A stretch of DNA of 64,000 bases, taken from positions 22,608-86,607 of the forward strand of contig CATJBQ010000110.1 of NCBI GenBank assembly GCA_949738465.1. Direction: 5' to 3'. Both the position numbers and the translations under genes were made by a program. Origin of the DNA: an uncultured Lachnospiraceae bacterium (GTDB lineage: Bacteria > Bacillota > Clostridia > Lachnospirales > Lachnospiraceae). Under the pieces are notes generated by a model. It made no database searches. It was not told the origin of the DNA and was given only the letters and a program-made list of their open reading frames with translations. Below, in pieces: positions 63,462 through 64,000 of the stretch (position 1 is its first letter; each line of letters starts with the position of its first letter).

Positions 63462-64000
63462 GGGAATATGTGGCGGTGGATCTGGAGATGACAGGTCTCC
63501 GGCTTGCCAGGGACAAGATCCTGGAGATCGGCGCCGTCTTGATGAAGGATGGGCGGGAGGCCGGGCGCTACCATGCACTGGTGAATCCCCGGGTTGAGAT
63601 CCCCCAGGAGATCCAGGCATTGACGGGCATCACGCAGACCATGGCCGTCCAGGGGGTGGAAGCCTCCCAGGCCGTGAAGGAATTCCTGCAGTTTTACGGC
63701 GGGCGGCCGCTGGTGGGGCATAACATTTCCTTCGATTATGGGTTTTTAAAGCAGGGCGCCGTCAACGTGGGCCTTTCCTTAGAGACGGCCGTGGCGGACA
63801 CCTTGAAAATCGCCAGGAAGGTGCTGCCAAAGGAGCAGAAGAAAAACCTGGAGGCATTGTGCGGGTTGTTTGAAATTCCGCTGGCGGAGCATCACCGGGC
63901 CCTGGAGGACGCGGCGGCCACGGCCCGGCTCTTTGAGATCTTAAAGGAACGGTATGGCGGAACATGCCCGGAAGCATTTGTGCCTGCGCCCTTGCAGATC
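63458..64000 (+). CDS. DnaQ-like 3'-5' exonuclease domain protein (3' end outside the window; absent from the ORF track because no stop is reached)
   Basis: My own translation gives MREYVAVDLEMTGLRLARDKILEIGAV...LVGHNISFDYGFL...HHRALEDAAATARLF, i.e. Exo I, II and III motifs. ATGA overlap with the radical SAM gene. Confidence 0.8.
   Translation, partial: MREYVAVDLEMTGLRLARDKILEIGAVLMKDGREAGRYHALVNPRVEIPQEIQALTGITQTMAVQGVEASQAVKEFLQFYGGRPLVGHNISFDYGFLKQGAVNVGLSLETAVADTLKIARKVLPKEQKKNLEALCGLFEIPLAEHHRALEDAAATARLFEILKERYGGTCPEAFVPAPLQI

Overview
This is a 64-kb chromosomal segment, mostly transcribed on the + strand. Codon usage, Shine-Dalgarno sites and gene content look like a moderately GC-rich Firmicute (Clostridia, Lachnospiraceae-like); that assignment is inference only. 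All calls come from motif recognition in the supplied translations and from reading the DNA. No database search was possible.

Core content:
- Housekeeping: pfkA 3' end, a TrmH methyltransferase, and a TPP-riboswitch-controlled thiM-thiE-thiD-thiC operon.
- Regulation: three two-component systems (one OmpR-type, one BceRS-AB-like with its ABC transporter, one LytTR/AgrCA-like) and an ECF sigma/anti-sigma pair.
- Envelope: an LCP-MBOAT-SGNH cell-envelope acylation cluster, VanZ, a BlaI/BlaR1-like pair, and a TetR-MMPL-YhgE/Pip set.
- Other: an Lsa-family ABC-F protein with a leader, a chemoreceptor, rmuC, MATE, NUDIX and nitroreductase genes.
- A cobalamin cluster at the 3' end: two corrinoid proteins, a RACo-type activator, a DUF4080 B12-radical-SAM enzyme and a DnaQ-like exonuclease.

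Several small low-GC islets (judged by eye) interrupt this backbone, and none carries an integrase or transposase:
- a Schlafen/AlbA_2 gene split by a 13-bp tandem repeat;
- hicAB;
- a heavily deleted LlaJI-type restriction-modification island with an intact vsr;
- a 1.6-kb tRNA-Ala-associated element bounded by ~90-bp direct repeats, carrying a YafQ/RelE toxin-antitoxin pair and an XRE repressor.

The most interesting candidate is the corrinoid-protein/RACo module translationally coupled to a radical SAM enzyme, with no methyltransferase partner in view. I cannot show that it is a new system. No CRISPR array, rRNA gene or intact mobile-element gene was seen.
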